From positions 71,915-135,914 of the forward strand of contig JALVPN010000040.1 of the NCBI GenBank assembly GCA_027031765.1: DNA of 64,000 nt, in the 5' to 3' direction. Of the stretch, positions 32,504-41,853 are shown one piece after another (position 1 is the first letter of the stretch; the number at the start of each line of letters is the position of its first letter). Below the pieces are notes generated by a model. The model saw only the letters and a list, made by a program, of their open reading frames with translations. It was not told where the DNA came from and did no database searches. The stretch comes from Promethearchaeota archaeon (GTDB lineage: Archaea > Asgardarchaeota > Thorarchaeia > Thorarchaeales > Thorarchaeaceae). Position numbers and translations under genes: made by a program.

Positions 32504-32748
32504 TACTGTCATTTGCGTCTGAAGTAGTTGCGTCGCAAGTGGGACAGGCACTGCTACCCGACAACAGAGGAGTGCCCGATGGTCTTAGAATTAGGATGGG
32601 AGAATGTGGCCCAATCCTCACGGTGGTCGTGGAGTGTGACAAGGGGGCGGGCACACTACGCAATACGATAGACGACATACTTGAGGCAGTGGATGTCACA
32701 CTTAGAACGCGTGACGCCATCTTCACGGCGGCGACCAATGAGTCATAG
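32488..32748 (+). CDS. pcc1: Pcc1-like KEOPS subunit (16-nt overlap with upstream gene)
   Basis: MRATIVLSFASEVVASQVGQALLPD...LTVVVECDKGAGTLRNTIDDILEAVDV fits Pcc1 pattern; 86 aa. Confidence 0.5.
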   Translation: MRATIVLSFASEVVASQVGQALLPDNRGVPDGLRIRMGECGPILTVVVECDKGAGTLRNTIDDILEAVDVTLRTRDAIFTAATNES

Positions 32749-32919
32749 ACTCGTGTGGCAACAGGTCGGCTGAACCTAGTCCGCATGTGGGCCATGATGT
32801 CAACGTCCCAGACGGTGCTCTTCCAGCTATCCCACATCTGAGAAACAAGCCCGATAGGGAAGGACTTGCTGCCCAGTGGATAACATTAAATGTTGATGAA
32901 CATGATAGAAGACCACAGT

Positions 32920-33020
32920 GCCGGGGTATCCAAGTGGCTACGGAGACGGTCTCGAAACGCATCGTCGAGTGAACCGTTGGGGCAATCCCCGCGTGGGTTC
33001 GAATCCCTCCCCCGGCGCCA
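32920..33020 (+). tRNA. tRNA-Ser(CGA), class II, 15-nt intron at 37/38 (32957..32971); CCA encoded
   Basis: Acceptor GCCGGGG/CCCCGGC, 3-bp D-stem, anticodon stem ACGGT/ACCGT, long variable arm TGGGGCAATCCCC hairpin, T-loop TTCGAAT. Confidence 0.7.
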
Positions 33021-33099
33021 TCCAACCCTTTCGTTGATATGAGGATTGACACAATGTACTGTCACTCGAATCGGGCACCCGTATTATAGGTGGAAAGTG

Positions 33100-33222
33100 G
33101 CGAACCAAATGGTGCGGAGGGCGAGATTTGAACTCGCGAACCCCTACGGGAGTACCCCGTTGCCCGATTTTTCACTGGAACAACATCCGGGTCCTAAGCC
33201 CAGCGCCTTTGACCAGGCTTGG
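33100..33222 (-). tRNA. tRNA-Leu(TAG), class II, about 35-nt intron at anticodon-stem/variable-arm junction (about 33142..33176); CCA encoded
   Basis: Acceptor GCGGAGG/CCTCCGC, D-arm GCC AAGCCTGGTCAAA GGC, anticodon stem CTGGG/CCCGG, loop CTTAGGA, variable arm TCCCGTAGGGGTTC, T-arm GCGAG TTCAAAT CTCGC. Confidence 0.55.
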
Positions 33223-33704
33223 CAACCTCCGCTTGTTGGAGAAGAGTTGCAGCCTGGGCTGTTATAATCCTTTGGCTAGTACGATGGAGGGCAGCCAGTG
33301 GGGGGGAGCAATATCGCAAGGTCACACATGTCAAACTTGAGCCACTGGCCTAGAGCTGGTGGGGGCAGGCAAACGGGGCGACATCCCAGCATCTGAACCA
33401 TCACTGATACGACTCAATGGCATTCGTGGGCCACATGCAAATCCCTTGTCAGCCTCGCACTCTAAGGAGCTGCCGTGCCAAGTACAGTGCAATGGCCATC
33501 AAACTGTGGAGTTGACATCACTTACGCACTCATTCAGAATCCGTGCGTGCTTCCTTTTCGGAACTCGTTGCTGAAAGGGAACATACCAAATGAGAGTATA
33601 AATCCTTGAACCATCATAAGACGGGGCATATGCGTCGTGTTTGAATTACTAGATCCAGAAATTGGTGACAGGTTTGCCACGACACATGACCTGGATGATG
33701 CTGG

Positions 33705-33836
33705 TCAGTCGCGGACCTCCCAGTTGTGTTGACACCGTGGGCAACGCATCAGACGACGATAGCCCCCTGTCGGTAGAAGCTCTTTCTTGACGAGCGCTAC
33801 ATCCTTGAAGCCACACTTTGGACACTTTTCGCTCAT
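33705..33836 (-). CDS. 43-aa zinc-ribbon protein (absent from ORF track, below length cutoff)
   Basis: MSEKCPKCGF...RLMRCPRCQHNWEVRD: two CxxC pairs, clean ATG..TGA ORF. Confidence 0.4.
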   Translation of the reverse strand: MSEKCPKCGFKDVALVKKELLPTGGYRRLMRCPRCQHNWEVRD

Positions 33837-34115
33837 GGCCACTCACGCGATTCGAAGTTCACACAGTCAGATTATCTAGTTTGCTGTTATGTACTGCAAA
33901 CACGTGACCGATATACGGACGAATCAAAGTGAAGTGGGGCACCATTGCAGGGACTGGGGGTTTCCGTCCTAGTGACACTGGGAGGACATGAGATAGCCAC
34001 CAATGCGTCTCGTGGAGCTACTGCACAGCGGTTGCATGGGCCGAGCGGGTAATATGCAGATGACACCGGGTTTAAAGATAGACCTAGCCCTAACGGATAG
34101 CTCGGGTATGTTGTC

Positions 34116-34400
34116 ATGAAGCCCATTGAGGAAAGAGTAAGAAGCGTACTACGACAGGATGGGATAGATTGCCATACCGTGTATGCGATGCCAGATCCAG
34201 ATGCCAAGAAGATACTCCTAGCATTTGGTGCCAACAAAAACCGCAGGCTCACAACAAGCAGAATCGAACGGATTCTGAACTCAAGTGGTCTTGGACGTTT
34301 CAATGTGCCAAGGGAGTTCCAGAGACTGAGCGCTGCATTTCTTCACCTTGAGGTTACGCTAGGTGCCGATACCCCCGTCCCAGATGACAATGCACGTTGA
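34116..34400 (+). CDS. Hypothetical 94-aa protein
   Basis: ORF with protein-like composition; preferred over overlapping antisense ORF 33887..34303. Confidence 0.3.
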   Translation: MKPIEERVRSVLRQDGIDCHTVYAMPDPDAKKILLAFGANKNRRLTTSRIERILNSSGLGRFNVPREFQRLSAAFLHLEVTLGADTPVPDDNAR

Positions 34401-34433
34401 AACAGGAAGCAGACGGAGGCGTCACAACTGGAC

Positions 34434-35183
34434 TTGGAACTGACGGACAGACGGTTCTTGGTCACAGCTGCGTCGCGCGGACTTGGGTACAGCGTTGCCA
34501 GCGTTCTAGTTGACGAGGGGGCGAGGGTCATAATCTGCGGTCGGAATCAGGACGCTCTTGAGGCCGCAACGGATGCGCTTGGTGGGACTGCCCATTATGT
34601 GGTGGCCGACCTGTCAAAACGTGAGGATATAGCAAGGCTGGCCGAAGAGGTGAACGGGCATTTCGAGGAGTTGGACGGACTATTTGTGAATGCGGGAGGG
34701 CCGCGCCCAGGTAGGTTCGACGATGTCTTGGACAGCGACTGGGCTGACGCATTCCAGCTTACGGTGATGAGCGCGGTTCGCTTGACGAAGAGCATTGTAC
34801 CCCTGTTGCGAAAGTCTGAAACCCCAAGTATCCTATATAGCACTTCAATCTCGGTCAAGCAGCCTATTGACGGTCTAGTGCTCTCGAACTCCCTAAGACT
34901 GAGTGTCATAGGACTCATGCGGACACTAGCACGGGAGCTGGGAACAATTGGAATCAGAATCAATGCAGTCTGTCCAGGGTATTTCTCGACACGACGTGTT
35001 CAGGAGCTGATAGGCGACAACCAAAAGATGGCACAAGAAATCATTCAGGCCATCCCACTCGGCAGGATGGGCGAGCCCATCGAGTTTGGCCGCATATGTT
35101 CATTCCTCATGAGCCCACTGGCCAGCTATGTCCATGGGGCAGTAGTGTTGATTGATGGGGGAATATATCGAGGCATGACGTAG
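34434..35183 (+). CDS. Short-chain dehydrogenase/reductase (SDR)
   Basis: TAASRGLGYSVA Rossmann motif and SDR catalytic region. Confidence 0.85.
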   Translation: MELTDRRFLVTAASRGLGYSVASVLVDEGARVIICGRNQDALEAATDALGGTAHYVVADLSKREDIARLAEEVNGHFEELDGLFVNAGGPRPGRFDDVLDSDWADAFQLTVMSAVRLTKSIVPLLRKSETPSILYSTSISVKQPIDGLVLSNSLRLSVIGLMRTLARELGTIGIRINAVCPGYFSTRRVQELIGDNQKMAQEIIQAIPLGRMGEPIEFGRICSFLMSPLASYVHGAVVLIDGGIYRGMT

Positions 35184-35188
35184 GTGTA

Positions 35189-36241
35189 CTACGCAAACAT
35201 CCGGCGGAGCGCGACCACGGCATATCTCCGGACTTGGTCGTCCTCGTCATCAATGAGTTCCTGCAGGAGAGGTGCTGACGGGGCGAACCGTGCTACGCCC
35301 ATCGCCCAAGCAGCATGTCGTCGGACACGCACATCATCGGAGCACAATAGTTGTGCTATGGCGCGGAGGACAAAGTCAGACCTGTCAGCAACAAGAATGC
35401 GAATCAGTCGGATCTGTTCGTTTGGCTCGGCCTGGTGCAACGCATCGACCAGACACTGTAGTGCATGTGCACTGTGCATGCCCAACAGAGCGCGGGCTGC
35501 CCACTCGCGTACCGAATCAGAGGAATCTTCCAACGCCGCCAGCAGACACATGATTGAGGATGGGGCGCTTATTTTTGCAAGCGCCCACGCGCTGGATTGC
35601 CTGACCTCAGGATGCGAGTCGCCCAGTAGGGTGCAGAGCGTACCTATGGCCCGGTCATCAACAGAGTTGGTCATAGCGTATATAGCCTCAACCCGGAGTT
35701 CGAGCGGGACGGACTGGTCGCGTGCCATGAAACGAAGTATGCGCTGTGCCTCACTAGAGCTGGACAGGGAGAGGAGATGAACTGCCCACTTCCTCACATT
35801 GAATGGTTCCTCATCGCTAAGCAGCAGGTCAGCCACATGTAAATCAGGACTGTTGTCGTGGATTCTGTAGGCCGCCTGTAGTCCGCGGACACGAATTTCG
35901 GAGCTGGAATCTTGCAGGGCATGCAACACAATCTTGTGGCCAGATTTCGAGTCAAGAAAATCTACCAAGCGCAGTAGCCGTAGTCGATGTTGGTGGTAGT
36001 GCGCATCATCACTTCCGAAAACGGCCTCGACGAATTCCAAGAATGGGGCAGGCGATTCGTTAGCAATGCGGATAAGAGTATTTCTTGTGCTAGTCGAGTC
36101 CTGTCCGAGGAGGGCAAGTAGCCGACGGATGTCACGAGAATGCCGAGCTTGCTTCCTCGGAGGCTTAGCAGGCAAAGAGAGGTCACCGTGACCCATATTT
36201 GTCAACATAGAGGGCGAGCAGCAGAAATTGCTACTCGCCAC
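35189..36241 (-). CDS. HEAT-repeat (PBS-lyase type) protein
   Basis: Repeated DSSDSVREWAARALLGMHSAHAL / DDVRVRRHAAWAMG units. Confidence 0.7.
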   Translation of the reverse strand: MASSNFCCSPSMLTNMGHGDLSLPAKPPRKQARHSRDIRRLLALLGQDSTSTRNTLIRIANESPAPFLEFVEAVFGSDDAHYHQHRLRLLRLVDFLDSKSGHKIVLHALQDSSSEIRVRGLQAAYRIHDNSPDLHVADLLLSDEEPFNVRKWAVHLLSLSSSSEAQRILRFMARDQSVPLELRVEAIYAMTNSVDDRAIGTLCTLLGDSHPEVRQSSAWALAKISAPSSIMCLLAALEDSSDSVREWAARALLGMHSAHALQCLVDALHQAEPNEQIRLIRILVADRSDFVLRAIAQLLCSDDVRVRRHAAWAMGVARFAPSAPLLQELIDDEDDQVRRYAVVALRRMFA

Positions 36242-37430
36242 TCATCAGAGCTCTCAGTCGTTCCATTTCTGCAAGCATTTCCGACTGCAGTGTAGTCTTG
36301 GTACTGCCGGCTGTGCTCGTCTGCGCGGTAGGAACTGTAGGTGCCGTGGAAACACCACCACCGGGAGGACCACCACCAGGAGGACCACCACCAGGAGGAC
36401 CACCACCAGGGGCACCACCACCAGGGGCACCACCACCAGGAGGACCACCACCAGGAGGACCACCACCAGGAGGACCACCACCAGGAGGACCACCACCAGG
36501 AGGACCACCACCGGGAGGACCACCACCAGGAGGACCACCACCAGGGGCACCACCACCAGGAGGACCACCACCAGGGGCACCACCACCAGGAGGACCACCA
36601 CCAGGGGCACCACCACCAGGAGGACCACCACCAGGAGGACCACCACCAGGAGGACCACCACCAGGAGGACCACCACCAGGAGGACCACCACCAGGGGCAC
36701 CACCACCAGGAGGACCACCACCAGGGGCACCACCACCAGGAGGACCACCACCAGGGGCACCACCACCAGGAGGACCACCACCAGGAGGACCACCACCGGG
36801 AGTTAGTGTAACAGAAGTGGCAGGTGCCGCTGACCCAGGCACGCCTACACTTGGTGGTCCTGCTTCAACCTCTTCGGATTCGACAGAAGTCCCAGCCATC
36901 AGCGTGAGTTTCTGCAGATAATCGCGTCGTGCTTGGTCGGCAGCTGTTGCAGTGGCAAGTATCTCTTTCAACTCCTCATCTCTTGCAATTGCCTGTCGTA
37001 CGACCTCGAGTCGATCTCGATAGAGGGTGGTGAGGAGCTCTCTTAGACTATCGTCAATTTCGCCTTTGTCCGCATAGTAGTCGACTGCAACCAGTGCCTG
37101 CTGAAGCGCATTCTCCTCAATCTTTAGGAAGACGAGTGCCTCGTTGGGATCTTTGATGAAGGACACCCTTCTTGTTCCCGAGATGCCAGCTGAAACATCA
37201 CCGGTCGATGCAATTATGGCCCGAATCCCGTCCAAAACACCACTGCCACGGGTCTGTCTGATGCGGTGAATGAGGTACAGAATAGTAAGCCATACAGGAA
37301 TAGAGTATATAATCATCAGCCATGCGTACGCTCCGAATGGAAAACCAAGAGGGCGCATGACACTCTCAATATGGCTGAACACGCTCATTATGGCGGATGT
37401 GATATCTCCATAAATATCCAACAACTGCAC
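36231..37430 (-). CDS. Membrane-anchored protein with N-terminal TM helix, helical segment and about 30 tandem PGGGP/PGGGA pentapeptide repeats
   Basis: AWLMIIYSIPVWLTILYLI hydrophobic helix; repeats GGPPGGGA/PPGGG; 11-nt overlap with downstream HEAT gene. Confidence 0.6.
   Translation of the reverse strand: MQLLDIYGDITSAIMSVFSHIESVMRPLGFPFGAYAWLMIIYSIPVWLTILYLIHRIRQTRGSGVLDGIRAIIASTGDVSAGISGTRRVSFIKDPNEALVFLKIEENALQQALVAVDYYADKGEIDDSLRELLTTLYRDRLEVVRQAIARDEELKEILATATAADQARRDYLQKLTLMAGTSVESEEVEAGPPSVGVPGSAAPATSVTLTPGGGPPGGGPPGGGAPGGGPPGGGAPGGGPPGGGAPGGGPPGGGPPGGGPPGGGPPGGGPPGGGAPGGGPPGGGAPGGGPPGGGAPGGGPPGGGPPGGGPPGGGPPGGGPPGGGPPGGGPPGGGAPGGGAPGGGPPGGGPPGGGPPGGGVSTAPTVPTAQTSTAGSTKTTLQSEMLAEMERLRALMSGE
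36355..36805. repeat. Near-perfect 15-bp tandem repeat (ccaccaccaggagga / variant ggggcacc), about 30 copies, coding
   Basis: Visible by eye; all six frames give long artefactual ORFs in the track. Confidence 0.9.
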
Positions 37431-37827
37431 TCACCATCTGCGCTTCATACAAGATTTGCATCTCGTCTGCTGTATTTGAGCTTTCTTGTGGGTCTTGATC
37501 CCTTGTATCACCTAGTGTCACAGCGACGGGTGCACATACTACGGGCCAACAATGGTTAGTACACAATCACTCATAAAGATGTTCGTTGTGGAGTACAGAT
37601 GGATTAGACGAGATAGCTGAGAGTGTCCTGTATTACTGTACCCTACATTTGAAGGACGACGAATATGGGGCCCGGTCTGAGAGGACTCAAGGGCAAACTA
37701 ACCCAGTCCTTCCTGCGGCCATCTCTTCGTGTGCCAGATAGGTGCCGTGTCCATAGCCTACACTGGCACAAATGACATGGAGATGTACTGTGACAGGGTG
37801 GAATGTGAGGATGCCCCAAGAGTAGCC

Positions 37828-37835
37828 TTTTATAT
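37828..37835 (+). promoter_or_regulatory. TATA box TTTTATAT about 27 nt upstream of tRNA-Thr
   Basis: Consensus-like archaeal TATA at correct spacing. Confidence 0.45.
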
Positions 37836-37858
37836 CGATACGCAACTCGCAGACATGT

Positions 37859-37964
37859 GCCCCAGTAGCAAAGTGGTCTACTGCACCTGACTTGTAAGGT
37901 TGTAGTGAGACCTGCTCGTCAAGAAATCAGGAGATCGTGGGTTCAAATCCCACCTGGGGCTCCA
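37859..37964 (+). tRNA. tRNA-Thr(TGT) with 29-nt intron at 37/38 (37897..37925); CCA encoded
   Basis: Acceptor GCCCCAG/CTGGGGC, anticodon stem CCTGA/TCAGG, loop CTTGTA-A, T-arm GTGGG TTCAAAT CCCAC. Confidence 0.75.
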
Positions 37965-38059
37965 CATTTCTACACGTTGCTCATACCTGTGACCATGCAT
38001 ACATCTGAAGCCGGGGCTGATTCCATGCCAGTCACATAGGGAAGTGGGAAGTATATGCC

Positions 38060-38353
38060 CTATCCAACTACCAACTGTACGACGAAGAGAAGGATGGTGA
38101 CTGTGGACACCAGAGCGATAGCAGCTCCAATCTTGAACGGAAACTTCCGGGTCTTGTGGTGCAACGAGAACATAGCACCAACAAGTCCAAGACCCCCACC
38201 AATTAAGCCTAGGAGAATCAATGTGGTTTCCGGAACCCGCCACTCACCCCGCCTTGCACGCCACTTGTCCCATGCCATGACAACTAGGGCCGAGAGATTG
38301 ACAGCAAGCAAATAGGAAACAAGAACCCAGACCAAGGGACTAGACAATGCCAT
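38060..38353 (-). CDS. DUF1294 family small membrane protein
   Basis: MAWDKWRARRGEWRVPE...GGGLG...HHKTRKF signature of DUF1294. Confidence 0.6.
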   Translation of the reverse strand: MALSSPLVWVLVSYLLAVNLSALVVMAWDKWRARRGEWRVPETTLILLGLIGGGLGLVGAMFSLHHKTRKFPFKIGAAIALVSTVTILLFVVQLVVG

Positions 38354-38354
38354 G

Positions 38355-39566
38355 TCAGTCATCCATCCTTCGGGCCGCTGCTTCAAGAGCACTTACGAGG
38401 GGGAGCTGCTCCCCCGTAAGGAAGCTTATGCAGGCACCGCCCCCGGTGCTAATGTGGGTTATGGAAGACTCAAGCCCCACCCTCCGTGCAAGAACCCCAA
38501 GATGGCCGCCACCTACGACTGTAACGCCGCCGCAGCTGGCGATTGCCTCCAGCACTCTGATAGAGCCATGTGCGAATGCCTCCCGTTCAAAACAGCCGAG
38601 GGGGCCATTGGCGAAGACGACGGCTGAACGTCCAATGATTTCCTCAAATGCCTCAAGTGTCTTGGGCCCAACATCAAGGACTGGACGCCCCTGAAGAGCA
38701 TCAAGAGAGCAATCGACCCGTCTGCCGTCCTGTTCAATCGCTCCATCTTGAGGGAGCACGATGATATCGGAGAATTCGGATAGCAAACGACATGCAACAT
38801 CAAGAACCGAGTCAGAACCGCTGATTGCAGATACATACCTGGGTGGGACTTGTCCGTTGGCTGCGAGGAAGAGAGTTGCGACAAGGCCGCCAAGCAGTGC
38901 ATGGTCGACCCGTTCAGAGCGCAGGAGTTTCTCCAGTGTCTTGACCTTGTCTTGGACTTTGCTCCCGCCGAGTACGAGAGTCCAGGGGTGTTTCGTGGTT
39001 GCTGTCACCTCCGTTAGGATGCGTATCTCCTTTTCAAGGAGCCGACCAGCCACGGATGGTAACACAACCGTGAAACCAACAATAGAGGGCTGGGATCGGT
39101 GCGCAGCGCCGAATGCATCATTGACGAACAGGTCAAAGAAATGGTACAGTTCCTGTACTATCGGTTCCTGAGCGACCACCTCAGGGGGTTCCCGCTTCAG
39201 CTCTCCCGGAAAGAAGCGGACATTCTCTAGGACGACTATTTGGCCAACCTCAACTCTTTGAATGGCCCGTTTTGCGCTCTCGCCGAAAATGTCGTCAACA
39301 AAGGACGCATTGAACCCCATCTCTCGTAGAAGACGGACGTGCGACTCCAAAGACACAAAGTCACTGGATTCGGGACGCCCCTGGTGTGCCATTAGGACAA
39401 CGGCGCTCTCGGATAGTTCCTCAAGTGTAGGACAGACAGCCCTAATGCGGCTGTCATCGAGGATTTCATGAGTGTCAGGATTTAGTGAGGAGTTGAGGTC
39501 TGCGCGCACAAGAACCCTTTTGCCGGCAACCTCGACATCGTCGAGTGTCTTGAATGGTAAGCGCAA
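38355..39566 (-). CDS. pgk: Phosphoglycerate kinase (TTG start; ORF-track extension to 39701 overlaps tRNA-Met and is rejected)
   Basis: GKRVLVRADLN, VVLMAHQGRP, C-terminal GGG..ACISFLTGE motifs. Confidence 0.85.
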   Translation of the reverse strand: MRLPFKTLDDVEVAGKRVLVRADLNSSLNPDTHEILDDSRIRAVCPTLEELSESAVVLMAHQGRPESSDFVSLESHVRLLREMGFNASFVDDIFGESAKRAIQRVEVGQIVVLENVRFFPGELKREPPEVVAQEPIVQELYHFFDLFVNDAFGAAHRSQPSIVGFTVVLPSVAGRLLEKEIRILTEVTATTKHPWTLVLGGSKVQDKVKTLEKLLRSERVDHALLGGLVATLFLAANGQVPPRYVSAISGSDSVLDVACRLLSEFSDIIVLPQDGAIEQDGRRVDCSLDALQGRPVLDVGPKTLEAFEEIIGRSAVVFANGPLGCFEREAFAHGSIRVLEAIASCGGVTVVGGGHLGVLARRVGLESSITHISTGGGACISFLTGEQLPLVSALEAAARRMDD

Positions 39567-39621
39567 CTTCTCAGTCTCCGCAGCGGTTTCCGTCGTGCCG
39601 GGATAGAAGAGGTCGAGAGGG

Positions 39622-39791
39622 TGGTGCCGCAGGAGGGCGACTCGGCCACTCCTCAAGACTCGGGGAGCAGCATTCGATCCCTCGACTTCGAGATTTCTCA
39701 TCTCCGGCCAGCCATTAATATGACCCCACGGGCAACCGGAACACCGGTCAGATTATGAGTCTCGCGCCCTACCAGGCTAGGCCACTGCGGC
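39622..39791 (-). tRNA. tRNA-Met(CAT), probably elongator, with two introns: 58 nt at 37/38 (39696..39753) and 35 nt in T-loop at 59/60 (39639..39673); CCA encoded
   Basis: Acceptor GCCGCAG/CTGCGGC, D-arm GCCT AGCCTGGTA GGGC, anticodon stem CGAGA/TCTCG, loop CTCATA-A, T-stem GAGGG/CCCTC. Confidence 0.55.
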
Positions 39792-39926
39792 ACATCTCGT
39801 TGGGCGGAGATACCTCTCGACGACGGTGCTGATGAGATGTGTACGACTAATTAAGGTTATGATGGCAGTGCCAGTACAGCCGGACGGGAGCAGCAGGATG
39901 CAGAACGCGAGGAGCGACTGACAGGC

Positions 39927-41852
39927 CTATTCAGAAACTGGGCCCTCGTCCGAGAGTATCGTTTCAATCTCCCGGGCAATCAGATCCCTCACGACTTTCC
40001 CGTCAACACGACCCCGCAGCTCCTTCATAGCCACGCCCATGAGGCCGCTAAGCGCATGTTCTCTATGTTCTAGTACGAAGGCAACACGTTCACGGACAAT
40101 CTCTGCAACCCGTGCAGATACTTCGCTCATGTCAATACGGCGTAACCCGAGCTCGTTCACTGCATCATCGACCGTTCCTGTCGGGTTCTCGGCCAAGTGA
40201 CTCAGGATTGGTACAATGGCCTTGGGGTCTACAGTACCACGTGATATGGCAATGAACAAGTCGACCAAGTGATCTTGAGCCAATCGTTCTGTTGGCACAT
40301 TGTCGCGGTGGAGACTGACCAGTGTGTCAAGCAAGGTCGACGCAACTAGTGTTGGAGAGGCCCCCGTTTTACTGACAATCTCTTCGAACTCATCCCAGTG
40401 CACAGACCGTACAAGTTTTGATGCAAGCTCTTCGCTGAGCCCGTAGTCGCGCACGAAACGTGCCTGTTTGGCCTCAAGTGTTTCCGGCATCATACGCCGA
40501 ATCCGTTCAAGACGCTCGGCAGTCACCACAACGGGCCGGACATCTGTTTCAGGATACATGCGTTCTGCTCCAGGCCGTGGGCGTGCATATTTGGATCCAC
40601 CATCAGGGAGTGGAGTACGGGTTTCGGCCGGAACACCACACAGTGCAACACGAGCACGATCTGCAACCGCCTTCAGTGCGGCCTTGGCACGCTCATATGG
40701 TGCGGCGACAATTATCACAGCATCATCAGGACTGGCGCGTACTGCCTCACGTAGCTGTAGCACCTCATCCTCAGATATACCATATTTGGGCAACTCGTCT
40801 GTATGAAACAGCCCTGAAACACCACCCCAGAACCGGGCATAGTCTGCGAGTTCCGTTCCAAAACGTCGTCCGGGCTGCAGTTCTCTTCCGACCAGACCCG
40901 CAAAGCCGGGAAGTCGAAGTGCAAGAACGACCCCACCAGCAGCGGTAGTCCTACGAATTACCTTCGATTTGCTGTTAACGAACACATCTGTTACGTCGTG
41001 AATGTCTTCAGTCAAGCTTGATGCAGTCACATCCCGACGCTGGAGCTCGTCGCGGATTTCAAGCAGACGCAATTGCCGTAGAGCCTCAAGCTCTACAACA
41101 CGAGCGAGCATCCCGAGCTCCTGGAGGCCCTTGATTTCAGTCACTGCACCGTTGCGTATAGAAACATTGATGTCCTGGCGGATTGTGCCAAGTCCTCGTT
41201 TCACCCGTCCAGTAGACCTCAGGAGATAGCCAATCTGGAAGGCGACTTGCTGTGCCGCCTCGGGAGAGGTTATGTCGGGTGCGGTAGCAATCTCAATCAG
41301 AGGGATACCGAGACGATCCAATCTGTATACCCTCATGTTCTGGCGGTCATCCTCGGACATCTTCCGGGCCGCATCCTCTTCCAAGCAGATTGTCTGAATT
41401 CCAATCCGTGTAGTATTCACAACCATATGGCCATCCATGGCAATCACGGCGGTTCTCTGGAACCCGGATGTGTTGCTGCCATCAATGACTATCTTTCGCA
41501 TGGGATGAATTTCATCAACGGGTTTTGCATCAAGAAAAGTTGCCATTGTCAGACAGATGTCGATGGCATCCTCACACATCTCATGCGGGGGCTCCTCATC
41601 AGCCTCGACCAGACATGTGGTGTCACTGTAATACTCGTAACAGAATAGCTTCTTCTTCTTGAACTCAAAGAGTGCCGCAGGATCCACCTCACCCATTTCA
41701 CTCTGAGTCGGACGCAACCGGCGTACAAAGGTGCCATCGGGTGCATCATCACGGATGACCGGAGGACAGTGACAGAACAGTTTTCGCCGAGTATCCAGTT
41801 GTTGGTGGAGTTCCAGACCCACTTTGAGACCGATGTCCTTGTAGTCTGGCAC
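39927..41852 (-). CDS. gatE: Glu-tRNA(Gln) amidotransferase subunit E (GTG start, GGAGG 11 nt upstream)
   Basis: GLKVGLELHQQL N-terminal motif, C-terminal GatB/YqeY-type domain. Confidence 0.85.
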   Translation of the reverse strand: MPDYKDIGLKVGLELHQQLDTRRKLFCHCPPVIRDDAPDGTFVRRLRPTQSEMGEVDPAALFEFKKKKLFCYEYYSDTTCLVEADEEPPHEMCEDAIDICLTMATFLDAKPVDEIHPMRKIVIDGSNTSGFQRTAVIAMDGHMVVNTTRIGIQTICLEEDAARKMSEDDRQNMRVYRLDRLGIPLIEIATAPDITSPEAAQQVAFQIGYLLRSTGRVKRGLGTIRQDINVSIRNGAVTEIKGLQELGMLARVVELEALRQLRLLEIRDELQRRDVTASSLTEDIHDVTDVFVNSKSKVIRRTTAAGGVVLALRLPGFAGLVGRELQPGRRFGTELADYARFWGGVSGLFHTDELPKYGISEDEVLQLREAVRASPDDAVIIVAAPYERAKAALKAVADRARVALCGVPAETRTPLPDGGSKYARPRPGAERMYPETDVRPVVVTAERLERIRRMMPETLEAKQARFVRDYGLSEELASKLVRSVHWDEFEEIVSKTGASPTLVASTLLDTLVSLHRDNVPTERLAQDHLVDLFIAISRGTVDPKAIVPILSHLAENPTGTVDDAVNELGLRRIDMSEVSARVAEIVRERVAFVLEHREHALSGLMGVAMKELRGRVDGKVVRDLIAREIETILSDEGPVSE

Positions 41853-41853
41853 C

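Noticed and set aside
33887-34303. 138-aa minus-strand ORF
   Set aside because: Antisense to a better 94-aa plus-strand ORF (34116..34400) and rich in Ser/Pro/Leu from GC-skewed codons; likely spurious.
36355-36805. Tandem repeat as a possible CRISPR array
   Set aside because: The units are 15 bp, contiguous and without spacers; they lie in-frame inside a CDS.
36254-36921. Long ORFs 36254..36796(-), 36298..36921(+), 36341..36811(+), 36228..36806(+) encoding poly-(VVLL), (PPGG), (HHQED), (TTTRR) repeats
   Set aside because: All are alternative-frame readings of the same 15-bp tandem repeat. Only the minus-strand frame continuous with the TM-helix N-terminus and C-terminal domain (36231..37430) is a plausible protein.
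39567-39701. ORF-track N-terminal extension of pgk (track start 39701)
   Set aside because: The extension overlaps the 3' half of tRNA-Met(CAT) and has no PGK homology; the conserved PGK N-terminus starts at TTG 39566.
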